DNA of 64,000 nucleotides from Clostridia bacterium (GTDB lineage: Bacteria > Bacillota > Clostridia > Christensenellales > Borkfalkiaceae), in assembly GCA_021204825.1 (NCBI GenBank), contig JAJPYR010000052.1, positions 550-64,549 on the forward strand. The letters are read 5' to 3'. The notes beneath the pieces are model-generated. The model had not been told where the DNA came from. It ran no database searches and was given only the letters and a program-made list of their open reading frames with translations. Each line of letters opens with the position of its first letter. Position 1 is the first letter of the stretch. This document shows, piece after piece, positions 54,730 to 64,000 of the stretch. Both the position numbers and the translations under genes were made by a program.

Positions 54730-55356
54730 ATGGAGCATGCATATGAACTGCGTTCAACGATACGCCGTGAAGTGAGCATAGAGGTTATTCCCGGCCACTT
54801 TGCGACAAAGAACTCGCACATAAGCCACTTTGTGGACATGTACAAGATCAAGTGCCAGCTCAAGGAGGCCAAGGCAGCCGCAAGGATGTTCACGGACCTT
54901 CTCATGGGCACGCCCATAGAGAGCATAATATCCCTGGACAGGATGAAGATGGTAGGGGCCTACATGGCCGAGTTCCTGTCCAACGGAGTTAGCGTAAGCT
55001 CCAGGCAGAACATCTCCGTCCTTTCCCCTGAGGTTACGGACGGCATTCTTATCCTGCGTGACAACGTCATGCAGTACGTGCGCGGCAAGCGCGTGCTCAT
55101 CCTCACAGATTCCGCCACGACAGGCAAGTCCGTGCATTCCATAGCGGACGGCGTCCGTTACTACGGCGGATACCCTGTGGCCATTGCTGCGGTCTTCGGC
55201 GGCGACTTTGAGAGCGATCTTCCTGTTGTGAAGCTCTTCGGCCTCAAGGACATTCCCACATACTGTTCATACTCGCCCCTTGAGTGCCCTCTTTGCAAGA
55301 AGGGCGTGAAGGTGGACGCCGTAGTGAACAGCTACGGATACAGCAAGATAGAGTAG
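54730..55356 (+). CDS. Phosphoribosyltransferase-like domain protein
   Basis: ATG with GAGGGGG 9 nt upstream. VLILTDSATTGKS PRPP-loop-like motif. The TTG start at 54712 is less likely. Confidence 0.6.
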   Translation: MEHAYELRSTIRREVSIEVIPGHFATKNSHISHFVDMYKIKCQLKEAKAAARMFTDLLMGTPIESIISLDRMKMVGAYMAEFLSNGVSVSSRQNISVLSPEVTDGILILRDNVMQYVRGKRVLILTDSATTGKSVHSIADGVRYYGGYPVAIAAVFGGDFESDLPVVKLFGLKDIPTYCSYSPLECPLCKKGVKVDAVVNSYGYSKIE

Positions 55357-55421
55357 CCCCGCCGGTTCAAAGCCGGCATGACGGAAGAAAACGCCTTAAG
55401 CGCAAGGAGGGCAGCCGCCAA

Positions 55422-56144
55422 GTGAACTACATAGTCATAATCATTGTTGTGGTTCTGGTCTTTGTGCTCGTCATGTCCTCTTACGCCCGCGGCAAGCACG
55501 TGCCCAGGGAGATAAAGCCAAAGGACCCCGCAAAGCAGGATGAAGACCACAAGTGCCTCGAGGTCCGCGCGCAGGAGGGCCAGCTCCAGGACATCATAGA
55601 TGAGTACCAGGCGAAGGGCTGGACCTTTGAGTCCAAGGAGACCAAGCCCAACACAGGAATGTTCGGCTCGGACATATGGTATCTCACCTTCCACCGCACA
55701 ACCCGTGAAGAGGCCGAGGCACTTGAAGCAAAGCGCCGCAAGACCATTAACCTTCCGGACCCCATCCCCGCAGAGAAGACAGTGCAGCCTGCAGAGCCCG
55801 CAGAGGACCCATTCGGCATGGCACCCGCACCGGATAATACTGCAGATGAAGACACGTCCGGCATGGCGCCCGCTCACGCACAAGGCGAAGGAGATGACCT
55901 CTTCGGCTTTGATTCCGCACCGCAGCCTGCGGACGAAGACCCCTTCGCAGATGAGCCGCCGCAGCTTCCTCCTGCAAAACCTCTGGAGCAGGCCTCAGGA
56001 GATGAGAAATGGGTGCAGGATGCGCCGGAGAACGGCACAGAGCCGGATGCAGTCCCTGCGGAAAGGGCAGACGGTACGGATCCTGCGGACAGTGAAGCCC
56101 CGGCAGACGCTGCAGAGGATACGTATCCCGCAGGGAAGCAGTAA
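55422..56144 (+). CDS. Membrane-anchored protein with small alpha/beta domain and acidic P/A/D/E-rich tail
   Basis: GTG start 11 nt after AAGGAGG. N-terminal TM IVIIIVVVLVFVLVM, globular part ...LQDIIDEYQAKGWTFESKE...WYLTFHR. The upstream part of the track ORF overlaps the previous gene. Confidence 0.55.
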   Translation: MNYIVIIIVVVLVFVLVMSSYARGKHVPREIKPKDPAKQDEDHKCLEVRAQEGQLQDIIDEYQAKGWTFESKETKPNTGMFGSDIWYLTFHRTTREEAEALEAKRRKTINLPDPIPAEKTVQPAEPAEDPFGMAPAPDNTADEDTSGMAPAHAQGEGDDLFGFDSAPQPADEDPFADEPPQLPPAKPLEQASGDEKWVQDAPENGTEPDAVPAERADGTDPADSEAPADAAEDTYPAGKQ

Positions 56145-56374
56145 TATTGGAAGGCTTGCGGACATCCGCGTGTGAGCACGCAGACGGGTGCATGAAAGAG
56201 CCGATTTTGGGCGGATTTTATAAGTTGTAAAGCGAAAGATTTTCTCAGAGCGGCCCGAAAGGGGCGTAAAATGAGTTGATTTTTTCAAAAGTCTTTGTTA
56301 ATATAAGTTTCGACTTCGGGGCAGTCCGCTGCAAAGGGTGCATGAATGCCTTGGTATATTTTGGAGGTTACATC

Positions 56375-56719
56375 ATGAAAGGTTTGATAGAGGCCATAGA
56401 AAAGGAAGGCATGAAGACGGACGTCCCCAAGTTCAACGTGGGAGACACAGTGAGAGTCGGCTTCAAGGTAGTAGAGGGCACCAAGGAGAGAATACAGAAC
56501 TTCGAGGGTGTCGTAATCGCAAAGAAGCACGGCGGCATCCGTGAGACATTCACTGTAAGGCGCCTTTCCTTCGGTGTCGGTGTGGAGAGAACATTCCCGC
56601 TTCACTCTCCTAAGATTTCAGACATCAAAGTGGTCCGCCGCGGCAAGGTAAGAAGGGCTAAGCTGTACTACTTAAGAGGCCTCACCGGAAAGGCAGCAAA
56701 GATCAAGGAAGTAAGATAA
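56375..56719 (+). CDS. rplS: 50S ribosomal protein L19
   Basis: [35 protein letters not shown]...[16 protein letters not shown]. Confidence 0.95.
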   Translation: MKGLIEAIEKEGMKTDVPKFNVGDTVRVGFKVVEGTKERIQNFEGVVIAKKHGGIRETFTVRRLSFGVGVERTFPLHSPKISDIKVVRRGKVRRAKLYYLRGLTGKAAKIKEVR

Positions 56720-57041
56720 TAAATAAGCTCCTGCTATGCGCGGGGGCTTTTAAATTACCTGTGGCCTTTCCGGGGCGCATGCCGCCCCTTCCGGAGCCCT
56801 GCGCGCTCTTCCAAAGGCCGCGACCCGTCTGCAGTCCGCATACGGGCTTTGCCAGACCGGCAGGGGTTCAAACTGTTGTGCACTTTGCACAAATTTTCGC
56901 ATTCAAAACAAAGTTTTTGGCCTGCAGATGTTTAAAACGGCGGCAAGTGCTTTAAATAATGTTATGTACAGCCAGTGAGCTGCAGCAAATACAGGAAACA
57001 TCCGGCTGCCTCAAAGGTAGCCGCAAATTTAAGGAGATCAT

Positions 57042-59435
57042 ATGGATCTTATCATTGTGGAGTCGCCCTCCAAGGCGAAGACAATTTCAAAGTATCTCAA
57101 AGGGAAGTACAAGGTGGATGCGTCCGGCGGGCATGTAAGGGACCTGCCGCAGAAGACCATAGGTGTACGCATATCCAAGGACGTGGAGCCAAAGTATGAG
57201 GTATCCCCGGACAAGAAGGAGACCATAAAGAAGCTCCAGGATGACGCAAAGAGGGCCGGCAAGGTATATCTTGCGACAGACCCGGACCGTGAAGGGGAGG
57301 CCATCTCCTGGCATCTCCAGACGGTGCTTGGGATGGACCCCAAGGAGAACAGCAGGATAGAGTTCAACGAGATCTCGCAGAAGGCCGTGAGCAGCGCCCT
57401 GCAGCATCCCAGGACAATCAACATGAACCTCGTGAACGCGCAGCAGGCAAGGCGTGTCCTGGACAGGCTCGTGGGATACAAGCTGTCCCCGATGCTCTCC
57501 AAGCGCATACAGAGGGGCCTTTCCGGCGGCCGTGTGCAGTCTGTGGCATTGAGGCTTATCGTAGACCGTGAGCGCGAGATACAGGCATTCCAGCCGGAGC
57601 AGTACTGGGTGCTTACGGCAGACCTGCAGGACAAGTACAAGCAGTATGCGCCTTTCAAGGCCACATGCCAGCTCAAGAAAAAGGGCGGGAACATCTCCAA
57701 AGAGACGGCTGAGGAGATTGAAAAGAAGGTTGCGGACGGCACTTTCTACGTAAAGAAGGTGGCAAGGTCCGTGAAGACCCAGGGCGCGCCCCCGCCGTTC
57801 ACCACATCCTCGCTGCAGCAGGACGCGTACAACAAGCTGGGCCTTACGTCCCCGGACACCATGAACGTCGCGCAGCACCTGTATGAAGGCATGGAAGTGG
57901 GCGGAGAGCTCATGGCGCTTGTGACATATATCCGTACGGACTCCGTGCGCGTCTCCTCCGAGGCGCAGGCTGCCGCAAGGGAATTCATATCCGCAAGCTT
58001 TGGCCCGGACTACGTTCCGGCAAAGCCCAACTATTACGCCGCAAAGAAGGGCGCGCAGGACGCCCATGAGGCCATACGGCCCATAAGCCTTTCCGTAACC
58101 CCGGCGAAGGTGAAGAGCTCCCTGGACAAAAAGCATTACAACGTATACAAGCTCATATATGACCGCTTCCTTGCGTCCCAGATGGCTCCCGCAAAGTATG
58201 ACTCCATGCAGATAGAGGCCTCGGCCGGCGGGGTTACCTTCAAGGCAAGCGGCAGGTCCATGATCTTTGCCGGCTATACGGCCGCATACCAGGACGTAAA
58301 GGCCGACACGGAAGAGGACGAGCCCTCCCAGAAGCTTCTGCCCCCGCTTGAGGAAGGGGACAGGCTCACCACCCTCGGCCTCAAGAAGGACGAGAAGTTC
58401 ACTGCTCCTCCGAAGAGATACACGGACGCATCCCTTGTAAAGGCGATGGAGGACAGCGGCATAGGCCGCCCTTCCACATACGCGCAGATAATAAAGGTCC
58501 TCACGACCCGCAAGTATGTGACCAAGGAAGGCAAGAACATGGTGCCCACAGAAGTCGCATACCGCATGACGGACATGCTGGTGAAGTACTTCCCGGACAT
58601 CATGGACGTGAACTTCACAGCCCATATGGAAGACCAGCTGGATGACATAGAAGAGGGAGGCGTTGACTGGCAGCGCATGATTCTGGACTTCTATCCCTCA
58701 TTCACAGATGAGCTCAAGTCTGCTTCCACGGATGAGGATGAGATGACGGACATCCTGTGCCCCAAGTGCGGAAAGCCCATGGTGCGCAAGCCCGGCCGCC
58801 ACGGCACATACCTTGCATGCTCCGGATGGCCTGACTGCTCCTGCATAATCTCCGAATCCGAAACGGAGGTTTCTGACATAAAGTGCCCTAAGTGCGGGGA
58901 GAACATGATAGTGAAGAGCGGCAAGTACGGCAAGTTCCTTGCATGCCCCAACTATCCCGACTGCAAGACGCGCCTTCCCATAGACGTGGTCCTCACGGAT
59001 GAGAAGTGTTCCGCCTGCGGAGGCCCCATGTATCTCAAGCACGGGCGCTACGGCGACTATCTTGAGTGCGGCCTGTGCGCAAACCGCAAGCCCCTCACGC
59101 CCAAGCCAGGCAAAAAGACGGCCACATCTGCAGCCCCTGACGCCGCATCCGGCGCTCCGGAGCGCTACGAAGGCACCTGTCCCGTATGCGGCAAGCCCAT
59201 GCGCCGCATGCGTTCCAAGTCACGCAAGATATACTACGGCTGCACCGGCTACCCTGAGTGCTCTTTCTTAAGCTGGGACATCCCCACAGGGCAGAAGTGC
59301 CCCAAGTGCGGCGAACCTCTTGTCGTAAAGGGGGACAAGGTTGTCTGCTCCAGCAAGGAGTGCAAGTACACCGAGGCCATGTCCTCAGACCTTCGCGCCC
59401 TCTTAGGCCGCGAGCCCAAGGAAGATGAGACCTGA
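57042..59435 (+). CDS. topA: DNA topoisomerase I with multiple C-terminal zinc ribbons
   Basis: LIIVESPSKAKTISKYL, TOPRIM DPDREGEAI, YIRTDS active-site Tyr region and at least 4 CPKCG-type Zn ribbons. Confidence 0.95.
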   Translation: MDLIIVESPSKAKTISKYLKGKYKVDASGGHVRDLPQKTIGVRISKDVEPKYEVSPDKKETIKKLQDDAKRAGKVYLATDPDREGEAISWHLQTVLGMDPKENSRIEFNEISQKAVSSALQHPRTINMNLVNAQQARRVLDRLVGYKLSPMLSKRIQRGLSGGRVQSVALRLIVDREREIQAFQPEQYWVLTADLQDKYKQYAPFKATCQLKKKGGNISKETAEEIEKKVADGTFYVKKVARSVKTQGAPPPFTTSSLQQDAYNKLGLTSPDTMNVAQHLYEGMEVGGELMALVTYIRTDSVRVSSEAQAAAREFISASFGPDYVPAKPNYYAAKKGAQDAHEAIRPISLSVTPAKVKSSLDKKHYNVYKLIYDRFLASQMAPAKYDSMQIEASAGGVTFKASGRSMIFAGYTAAYQDVKADTEEDEPSQKLLPPLEEGDRLTTLGLKKDEKFTAPPKRYTDASLVKAMEDSGIGRPSTYAQIIKVLTTRKYVTKEGKNMVPTEVAYRMTDMLVKYFPDIMDVNFTAHMEDQLDDIEEGGVDWQRMILDFYPSFTDELKSASTDEDEMTDILCPKCGKPMVRKPGRHGTYLACSGWPDCSCIISESETEVSDIKCPKCGENMIVKSGKYGKFLACPNYPDCKTRLPIDVVLTDEKCSACGGPMYLKHGRYGDYLECGLCANRKPLTPKPGKKTATSAAPDAASGAPERYEGTCPVCGKPMRRMRSKSRKIYYGCTGYPECSFLSWDIPTGQKCPKCGEPLVVKGDKVVCSSKECKYTEAMSSDLRALLGREPKEDET

Positions 59436-60783
59436 TTCCGCCGTTCCGGCATCCGGCCCCCGGCCGGATAATGCCCCAGTCCTGTCCGCTGCGGAGATAC
59501 AGGTCATAGGCGCAGGCCTCGCCGGCTGCGAGGCCGCGCTGCAGCTTGGGCAGGCAGGCTTCCGTGTCCTTTTGAAGGACATAAAGCCCGCCTCATACAC
59601 GCCTGCCCACACCAATCCGGACTTTGCGGAGCTGGTCTGCTCCAACTCCCTGAAGGGCGAGGATCCGTACTCCAACGCCTGCGGCCTTTTAAAGGCTGAG
59701 ATGAGGGCCTTCGGGTCCGTCATGTTGGAGGCCGCGGACGCAACGCGCGTTCCTGCGGGCGGCGCCCTGGCAGTGGACCGGGACCGCTTTGCTGCATACA
59801 TAACGGACAAAATCCGCTCCAGCCCCGGCATACGCACCGTATGCGAAGAGGTCCGCTCTGTTCCTTCCGGCCCCTGCATAATATGCACGGGACCCTTGAC
59901 CACTGGCCCCCTGAATGATGACATATCCCGCATATGCGGCTCCCCGCTGCACTTCTATGACGCCTCGGCTCCGATAGTCTCCAGGGAGAGCATAGACATG
60001 TCCAAAGCCTTCCTGGGAGACCGCTACGGCAAGGGCGGGGATGACTACATAAACTGCCCCCTTTCCAAAGAGGAGTATTACGCCTTCGTGCATGAGCTCC
60101 TTTCCGCGGAAAAGGCAGAGCTCCACTCCTTTGAAAAGCGCGAGATTTTTGAAGGCTGCATGCCTGTGGAGGTCATGGCATCCCGCGGGGAAGATTCCCT
60201 GCGCTTTGCAAACTTCAAGCCCGTAGGCCTCAGCGGCCCCGCAGGAGAGAGGCATTTCGCCGTCCTGCAACTCCGCAGGGAGACGGAGTCCGGCGAGGCA
60301 TACAACCTGGTTGGCTGCCAGACCAACCTGAAGTTCGGCGAGCAGAAGCGCGTGTTCTCCATGATCCCTGCGCTCCGCAACGCAGAGTTTCTCCGCTACG
60401 GTGTAATGCACCGCAACACCTTCTTAAACTCCCCGCAGTGCCTTAATGCAGACTTTTCCTTAAAGACAGACCCCATGGTCTTTTTCGCGGGCCAGATAAC
60501 TGGAGTGGAGGGGTACGTGGAAAGCGCGGCAAGCGGCATTCTTGCCGCCCGCCATCTCATATCCCGCCTTACAGGCAGGGAGCCTTCCGTCCCCGGGGAT
60601 GACACCGTAATGGGAGCCCTCTCCAGGCACATATCCGCAGAGACGGACAACTTCCAGCCAATGAATGCCAACTTTGGCATCCTGCGCCCCCTGGAGACAC
60701 CCGTACGGGACAGGAAGGCAAGGTACCATGCCTTAGCCGAGCGGTCATTAAAGAGCATCCAGGCATATCTCCGGTTAGCCTGA
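59425..60783 (+). CDS. trmFO: Methylenetetrahydrofolate--tRNA-(uracil54-C5)-methyltransferase TrmFO (Gid)
   Basis: IQVIGAGLAGCEAA, ...VCSNSLK..., GQITGVEGYVESAASG. The exact start is uncertain (about 20 aa of unusual N-terminus). Confidence 0.9.
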   Translation: MRPDSAVPASGPRPDNAPVLSAAEIQVIGAGLAGCEAALQLGQAGFRVLLKDIKPASYTPAHTNPDFAELVCSNSLKGEDPYSNACGLLKAEMRAFGSVMLEAADATRVPAGGALAVDRDRFAAYITDKIRSSPGIRTVCEEVRSVPSGPCIICTGPLTTGPLNDDISRICGSPLHFYDASAPIVSRESIDMSKAFLGDRYGKGGDDYINCPLSKEEYYAFVHELLSAEKAELHSFEKREIFEGCMPVEVMASRGEDSLRFANFKPVGLSGPAGERHFAVLQLRRETESGEAYNLVGCQTNLKFGEQKRVFSMIPALRNAEFLRYGVMHRNTFLNSPQCLNADFSLKTDPMVFFAGQITGVEGYVESAASGILAARHLISRLTGREPSVPGDDTVMGALSRHISAETDNFQPMNANFGILRPLETPVRDRKARYHALAERSLKSIQAYLRLA

Positions 60784-60981
60784 GCTTTAAGGCCTGGCAG
60801 GCCTTAAATCCGGCGCCGGATGCGTATTTTCTGCAAAAAGCCTGTTTTTGCCCGCGCTTATGTGGAATATTTGTGAAATTTTCGCGGATTGGTTTTAGAC
60901 GGGCCAAAAAGTGTTTATATAATATTATGGAGGGCGCTTTGCACCCTGCAGCATACAGGACTTTAAAAGAGAGTGAATCAT

Positions 60982-61518
60982 ATGACAGAATTCCATGCGA
61001 CAACGATATGCGGCGTCAAGAGAGACGGCGTAACGGCCATAGCCGGAGACGGCCAGGTCACAATGGGCGAGAATGTCATCTTCAAGACATCCGCGCAGAA
61101 GGTAAGAAGGATATTCGGAGGCAAGGTCATCCTTGGCTTTGCAGGCTCCGTCTCGGATGCCTTCTCGCTTTCCGAGAAGTTTGAGGGGATGCTCAACAAG
61201 TTCTCCGGGAACCTGATGCGCTCCGCAGTGGAGCTCGCTGAGCTGTGGCGCAGCGACAAGACTCCCCGCCAGCTCAATGCCATGATGATAGTCGCAGACA
61301 GCGAGGTCATGCTCGTGGTATCCGGAACCGGTGAGGTCATAGAGCCGGATGACGGCGTCATAGCCATAGGCTCCGGCGGGAACTATGCCCTTGCGGCTGC
61401 CCGTGCCCTTGTGCAGAACACGGACATGGATGCCCCCACAATCGCAACAAAGGCCCTCAAGATAGCCAGCGAGATCTGCGTCTTCACAAATGACAACATC
61501 CGCTGTGAGGTTGTATAA
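60982..61518 (+). CDS. hslV: ATP-dependent protease subunit HslV (ClpQ/CodW type)
   Basis: [16 protein letters not shown]...AGDGQVT, as in the B. subtilis ClpQ N-terminus. GAGAG SD 9 nt upstream. Confidence 0.9.
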   Translation: MTEFHATTICGVKRDGVTAIAGDGQVTMGENVIFKTSAQKVRRIFGGKVILGFAGSVSDAFSLSEKFEGMLNKFSGNLMRSAVELAELWRSDKTPRQLNAMMIVADSEVMLVVSGTGEVIEPDDGVIAIGSGGNYALAAARALVQNTDMDAPTIATKALKIASEICVFTNDNIRCEVV

Positions 61519-61668
61519 GCCCTTAAAGCCGGCCCATGCGGCAGCAGGCGCAGAATATGTTCTTCCGCGCCGTACAGGGCGCGCATTCGCGCCTTCCGGC
61601 CGCTGTAACCATCCGTTTTTGCGGATATAAGATGGACAGGAGCCCTGCAAAGGGCACAGGAGATTATT

Positions 61669-62985
61669 ATGGATCTTACCCCCAAACAGATAGTGCATGA
61701 GCTCAACAAGCACATCATAGGGCAGGACGAGGCCAAGAGGTCTGTAGCCATTGCCCTCAGAAACAGATACAGAAGGTCCCAGCTCTCACCGGAACTGCAG
61801 GAAGAGATAACGCCCAAGAACATCATCATGAAGGGCCCCACAGGCGTAGGAAAGACAGAGATAGCAAGAAGGCTTGCAAAGCTCGTGAAGGCGCCTTTCA
61901 TAAAGGTGGAAGCCACCAAGTACACTGAGGTAGGCTATGTGGGCAGGGACGTGGAGTCCATGGTCCGTGACCTTGCAGAGTGCGCCATACGCCTTGTGAA
62001 GGAAGAGAAGACGGAAGAGGTATCATACAAGGCCACTGCGGCTGCAGAGAAGAAGATTCTCAAGGTCCTTGCAGAGTCCAAGCGTGAGGAGAGGGGCGAG
62101 ACCGCGAAAGAGGTCTTCGAACACCAGCTCCTGGACGACATCCATGAGGGCAAGTATGACTCCGCCGTCATAGAGATAGACGTGCCGGACGATCCCAAGC
62201 CCCTGGAGCTTTCTCCCGGAGCGGGCGCTGCCATAGACCTTTCATCCCTCATGGGCGGCATGGGCATAGGCAAGCGCCACAAAAAGCGCAAGATAACGGT
62301 TGCCGAGGCCCGCAGGCTTCTCATAGAGGAAGAGGCGGACAAGCTCATAGACAACGACGCCGTGACCACGGAGGCTCTCAAAAGAGCTGAAAATGACGGC
62401 ATAATCTTCATAGACGAGATAGACAAGATAGCCGGCAAGAACAACACATCCGGCGCGGACGTGTCCCGTGAAGGCGTGCAGAGGGACATCCTGCCCATTG
62501 TGGAAGGCTGCACGGTAAACACCAAGTACGGCCCCATCAAGACGGACTACATCCTCTTCATAGCCGCAGGCGCCTTCAACGTCTCCAAGATAGAGGACTT
62601 GATCCCCGAGCTCCTTGGCCGTTTTCCCATCCAGGTGGAGCTCAAGAGCCTCACGAAGGAAGACTTCGTGAAGATCCTCTCCCAGCCTGAGAACTCCCTC
62701 ACGATGCAGTACTCCGCACTCCTCGCCGTGGACAACATAGACCTCTCATTCACGCATGACGCCTTAGAGAAGCTTGCAGAGATAGCAGAGGACATCAACA
62801 CGACTTCAGAGGACATAGGCGCCCGCCGTCTCCACACCGTCATGGAGTGCCTTCTTTCGGACATCTCCTTCGAGGCCGGCGGCAACGACTACCCCGTAGT
62901 CCCTCTCACCGTGGACAGCAAGTACGTTGAGGACCATCTCCAGAACATCATAGAGAACAGGGACCTCAAGAAGTACGTCCTGTAA
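61669..62985 (+). CDS. hslU: ATP-dependent protease ATPase subunit HslU (ClpY)
   Basis: LTPKQIVHELNKHIIGQDEAKRSVAIALRNR, GPTGVGKTEIARRLA, IIFIDEIDK. Confidence 0.95.
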   Translation: MDLTPKQIVHELNKHIIGQDEAKRSVAIALRNRYRRSQLSPELQEEITPKNIIMKGPTGVGKTEIARRLAKLVKAPFIKVEATKYTEVGYVGRDVESMVRDLAECAIRLVKEEKTEEVSYKATAAAEKKILKVLAESKREERGETAKEVFEHQLLDDIHEGKYDSAVIEIDVPDDPKPLELSPGAGAAIDLSSLMGGMGIGKRHKKRKITVAEARRLLIEEEADKLIDNDAVTTEALKRAENDGIIFIDEIDKIAGKNNTSGADVSREGVQRDILPIVEGCTVNTKYGPIKTDYILFIAAGAFNVSKIEDLIPELLGRFPIQVELKSLTKEDFVKILSQPENSLTMQYSALLAVDNIDLSFTHDALEKLAEIAEDINTTSEDIGARRLHTVMECLLSDISFEAGGNDYPVVPLTVDSKYVEDHLQNIIENRDLKKYVL

Positions 62986-63153
62986 TCCGCTCCCGTCCGG
63001 GGCTGGATCCGGTCCCCTGGCCCGGAACCCGAAACCCCAACAGGTGTTGGAATTTTAACCTCCAGGCCGGCATGTTTAACCTACAACGCCGTTTATGCCT
63101 GCCTTTTAACCTGCAGACGCACACAAGTAGACATACACACAAAGGAGTATCCT

Positions 63154-64000
63154 GTGATCAACATACCCAAGGGCACGAAAGACGTTCTGCCCGACCAGTC
63201 GTACAAGTGGAGATTCATAGAAGACACCGCAAGGGAAGTGGCCCGTGCGTACAACCTCAAGGAGATACGCACGCCCACCTTTGAATACACGGAGCTGTTC
63301 CAGCGCGGAGTGGGAGAGACCACGGACGTTGTGAACAAGGAGATGTACACTTTCGAGGACAAGCACGGCAGAAGCATAACGCTCAAGCCGGAAGGCACAG
63401 CAGGAGCTGTGCGCATGTTCATAGAGAACGGCCTCGCATCATCCCCGCTGCCTGTGAAGACGTATTACTTCACGCCAGCGTTCCGTTATGAGCGCCCCCA
63501 GGCAGGACGCTTGCGCGAGTTCCACCAGTTCGGCATAGAGATATTCGGCTCCGAGAGCCCTGACACAGACGCCGAGGTCATCTTCGCGGCCTCATCTTTC
63601 CTCAGAAAACTTGGCCTTACGGACTACAGGCTGGAGATAAACTCCATAGGCTGCCCCGCTTGCCGTGCGGCGTACAACAAGGCCCTCCGCGAGTACTTTG
63701 AGCCCAGAAAGGCAGATCTCTGCCCCACATGCCAGGAGAGGCTGGAAAAGAACCCCTTGCGCATACTGGACTGCAAGGAAGAGAAGTGCCAGGCAATATG
63801 CGAGGATGCGCCCCGCATCCTTGACTTCCTTTGCGATGACTGCGCCACCCACTTTGACAAGGTGCGCCACCGCCTGGACACGCAGGGCATGAAGTACACT
63901 GTGAATCCGGACATAGTGCGCGGGCTGGATTACTACACCAAGACCGTCTTCGAGTTCGTCTCAACCAGGATTGGCGCGCAGGGCACCATCTGCGGCGGAG
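63154..64000 (+). CDS. hisS: Histidine--tRNA ligase (5' part; continues beyond window)
   Basis: GTG start 6 nt after AAAGGAG. PKGTKDVLP, EIRTPTFEYTELF, LKPEGTAGAVR, FRYERPQAGRLREFHQ. Confidence 0.9.
   Translation, partial: MINIPKGTKDVLPDQSYKWRFIEDTAREVARAYNLKEIRTPTFEYTELFQRGVGETTDVVNKEMYTFEDKHGRSITLKPEGTAGAVRMFIENGLASSPLPVKTYYFTPAFRYERPQAGRLREFHQFGIEIFGSESPDTDAEVIFAASSFLRKLGLTDYRLEINSIGCPACRAAYNKALREYFEPRKADLCPTCQERLEKNPLRILDCKEEKCQAICEDAPRILDFLCDDCATHFDKVRHRLDTQGMKYTVNPDIVRGLDYYTKTVFEFVSTRIGAQGTICGG

Noticed and set aside
55284-55421. Upstream extension of the membrane-protein ORF (track start 55284).
   Set aside because: It overlaps the 3' end of the phosphoribosyltransferase-like gene and encodes a basic nonsense stretch. 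The GTG at 55422, preceded by AAGGAGG and followed by a TM helix, is more plausible.
56145-56374. Possible L19 leader RNA motif upstream of rplS.
   Set aside because: It is plausible from context in Firmicutes, but I cannot verify the consensus from memory. It is not reported as a feature.
57087-61713. Long antisense ORFs opposite topA (57087-58625), trmFO (59689-60411) and hslV (60925-61713).
   Set aside because: They lie fully inside well-supported conserved genes on the other strand. Their translations are Arg/Leu/Gly-rich and non-homologous in appearance.

Overview
The window looks like a Firmicutes/Clostridia-type chromosome segment. This rests on the gene order ylxM-ffh-rpsP-KH-rimM-trmD and topA-trmFO-hslVU, a HydABC [FeFe]-hydrogenase, and SD-type ribosome-binding sites. 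The backbone is fairly GC-rich and is interrupted by two visibly AT-rich accessory islands.

Core content:
- Energy and central metabolism: hydC(partial)-hydB-hydA electron-bifurcating hydrogenase, a GltD/NfnB-like oxidoreductase, kdgK, a 2-hydroxyacid dehydrogenase, eukaryote-type NADP-IDH.
- Transport: aquaporin, metNIQ behind an unclassified terminator-containing leader, an FMN riboswitch with ribU, a CPA2 antiporter.
- Envelope genes: a GlfT2-like GT2, a second GT2, LicD, a TM-fused MurF-like ligase.
- Regulators and stress: a DtxR-family regulator, hsp20.
- Housekeeping: tsaE-tsaB-rimI, the SRP/ribosome-maturation cluster, rbgA, rnhB, rplS, topA, trmFO, hslVU and the start of hisS.

Accessory content:
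1. Island at 18.3-23.0 kb: an XRE regulator and an ImmA/IrrE peptidase, followed by a tandemly duplicated cassette DUF4417 - X - Y (X and Y are unknown proteins). The two units have decayed reciprocally. A conserved dyad motif precedes the cassette genes, and the duplication captured a 5' fragment of the neighbouring dehydrogenase gene. This is my best candidate for an undescribed toxin-immunity or defence module.
2. Island at 25.4-29.2 kb: a 2,011-bp IS (19-bp perfect IRs, 8-bp TSD, A9 slippery run) inserted just upstream of a fused XRE-HTH/M78-peptidase gene coupled to a PIN-like nuclease gene (RosmerTA-like architecture).
3. A 2,897-aa lipoprotein-anchored giant surface protein with about two dozen Big_2-like modules in a hierarchical repeat pattern.
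4. An orphan ~375-nt transcription unit with a consensus promoter, a terminator and two SD-preceded micro-ORFs.
5. Tandem solo HicB genes with a perfect operator palindrome.
6. A RuvX-DUF1292 fusion, apparently leaderless.

No rRNA, tRNA or CRISPR array was seen. All family names are from reading the translations by eye and need HMM or structure confirmation.
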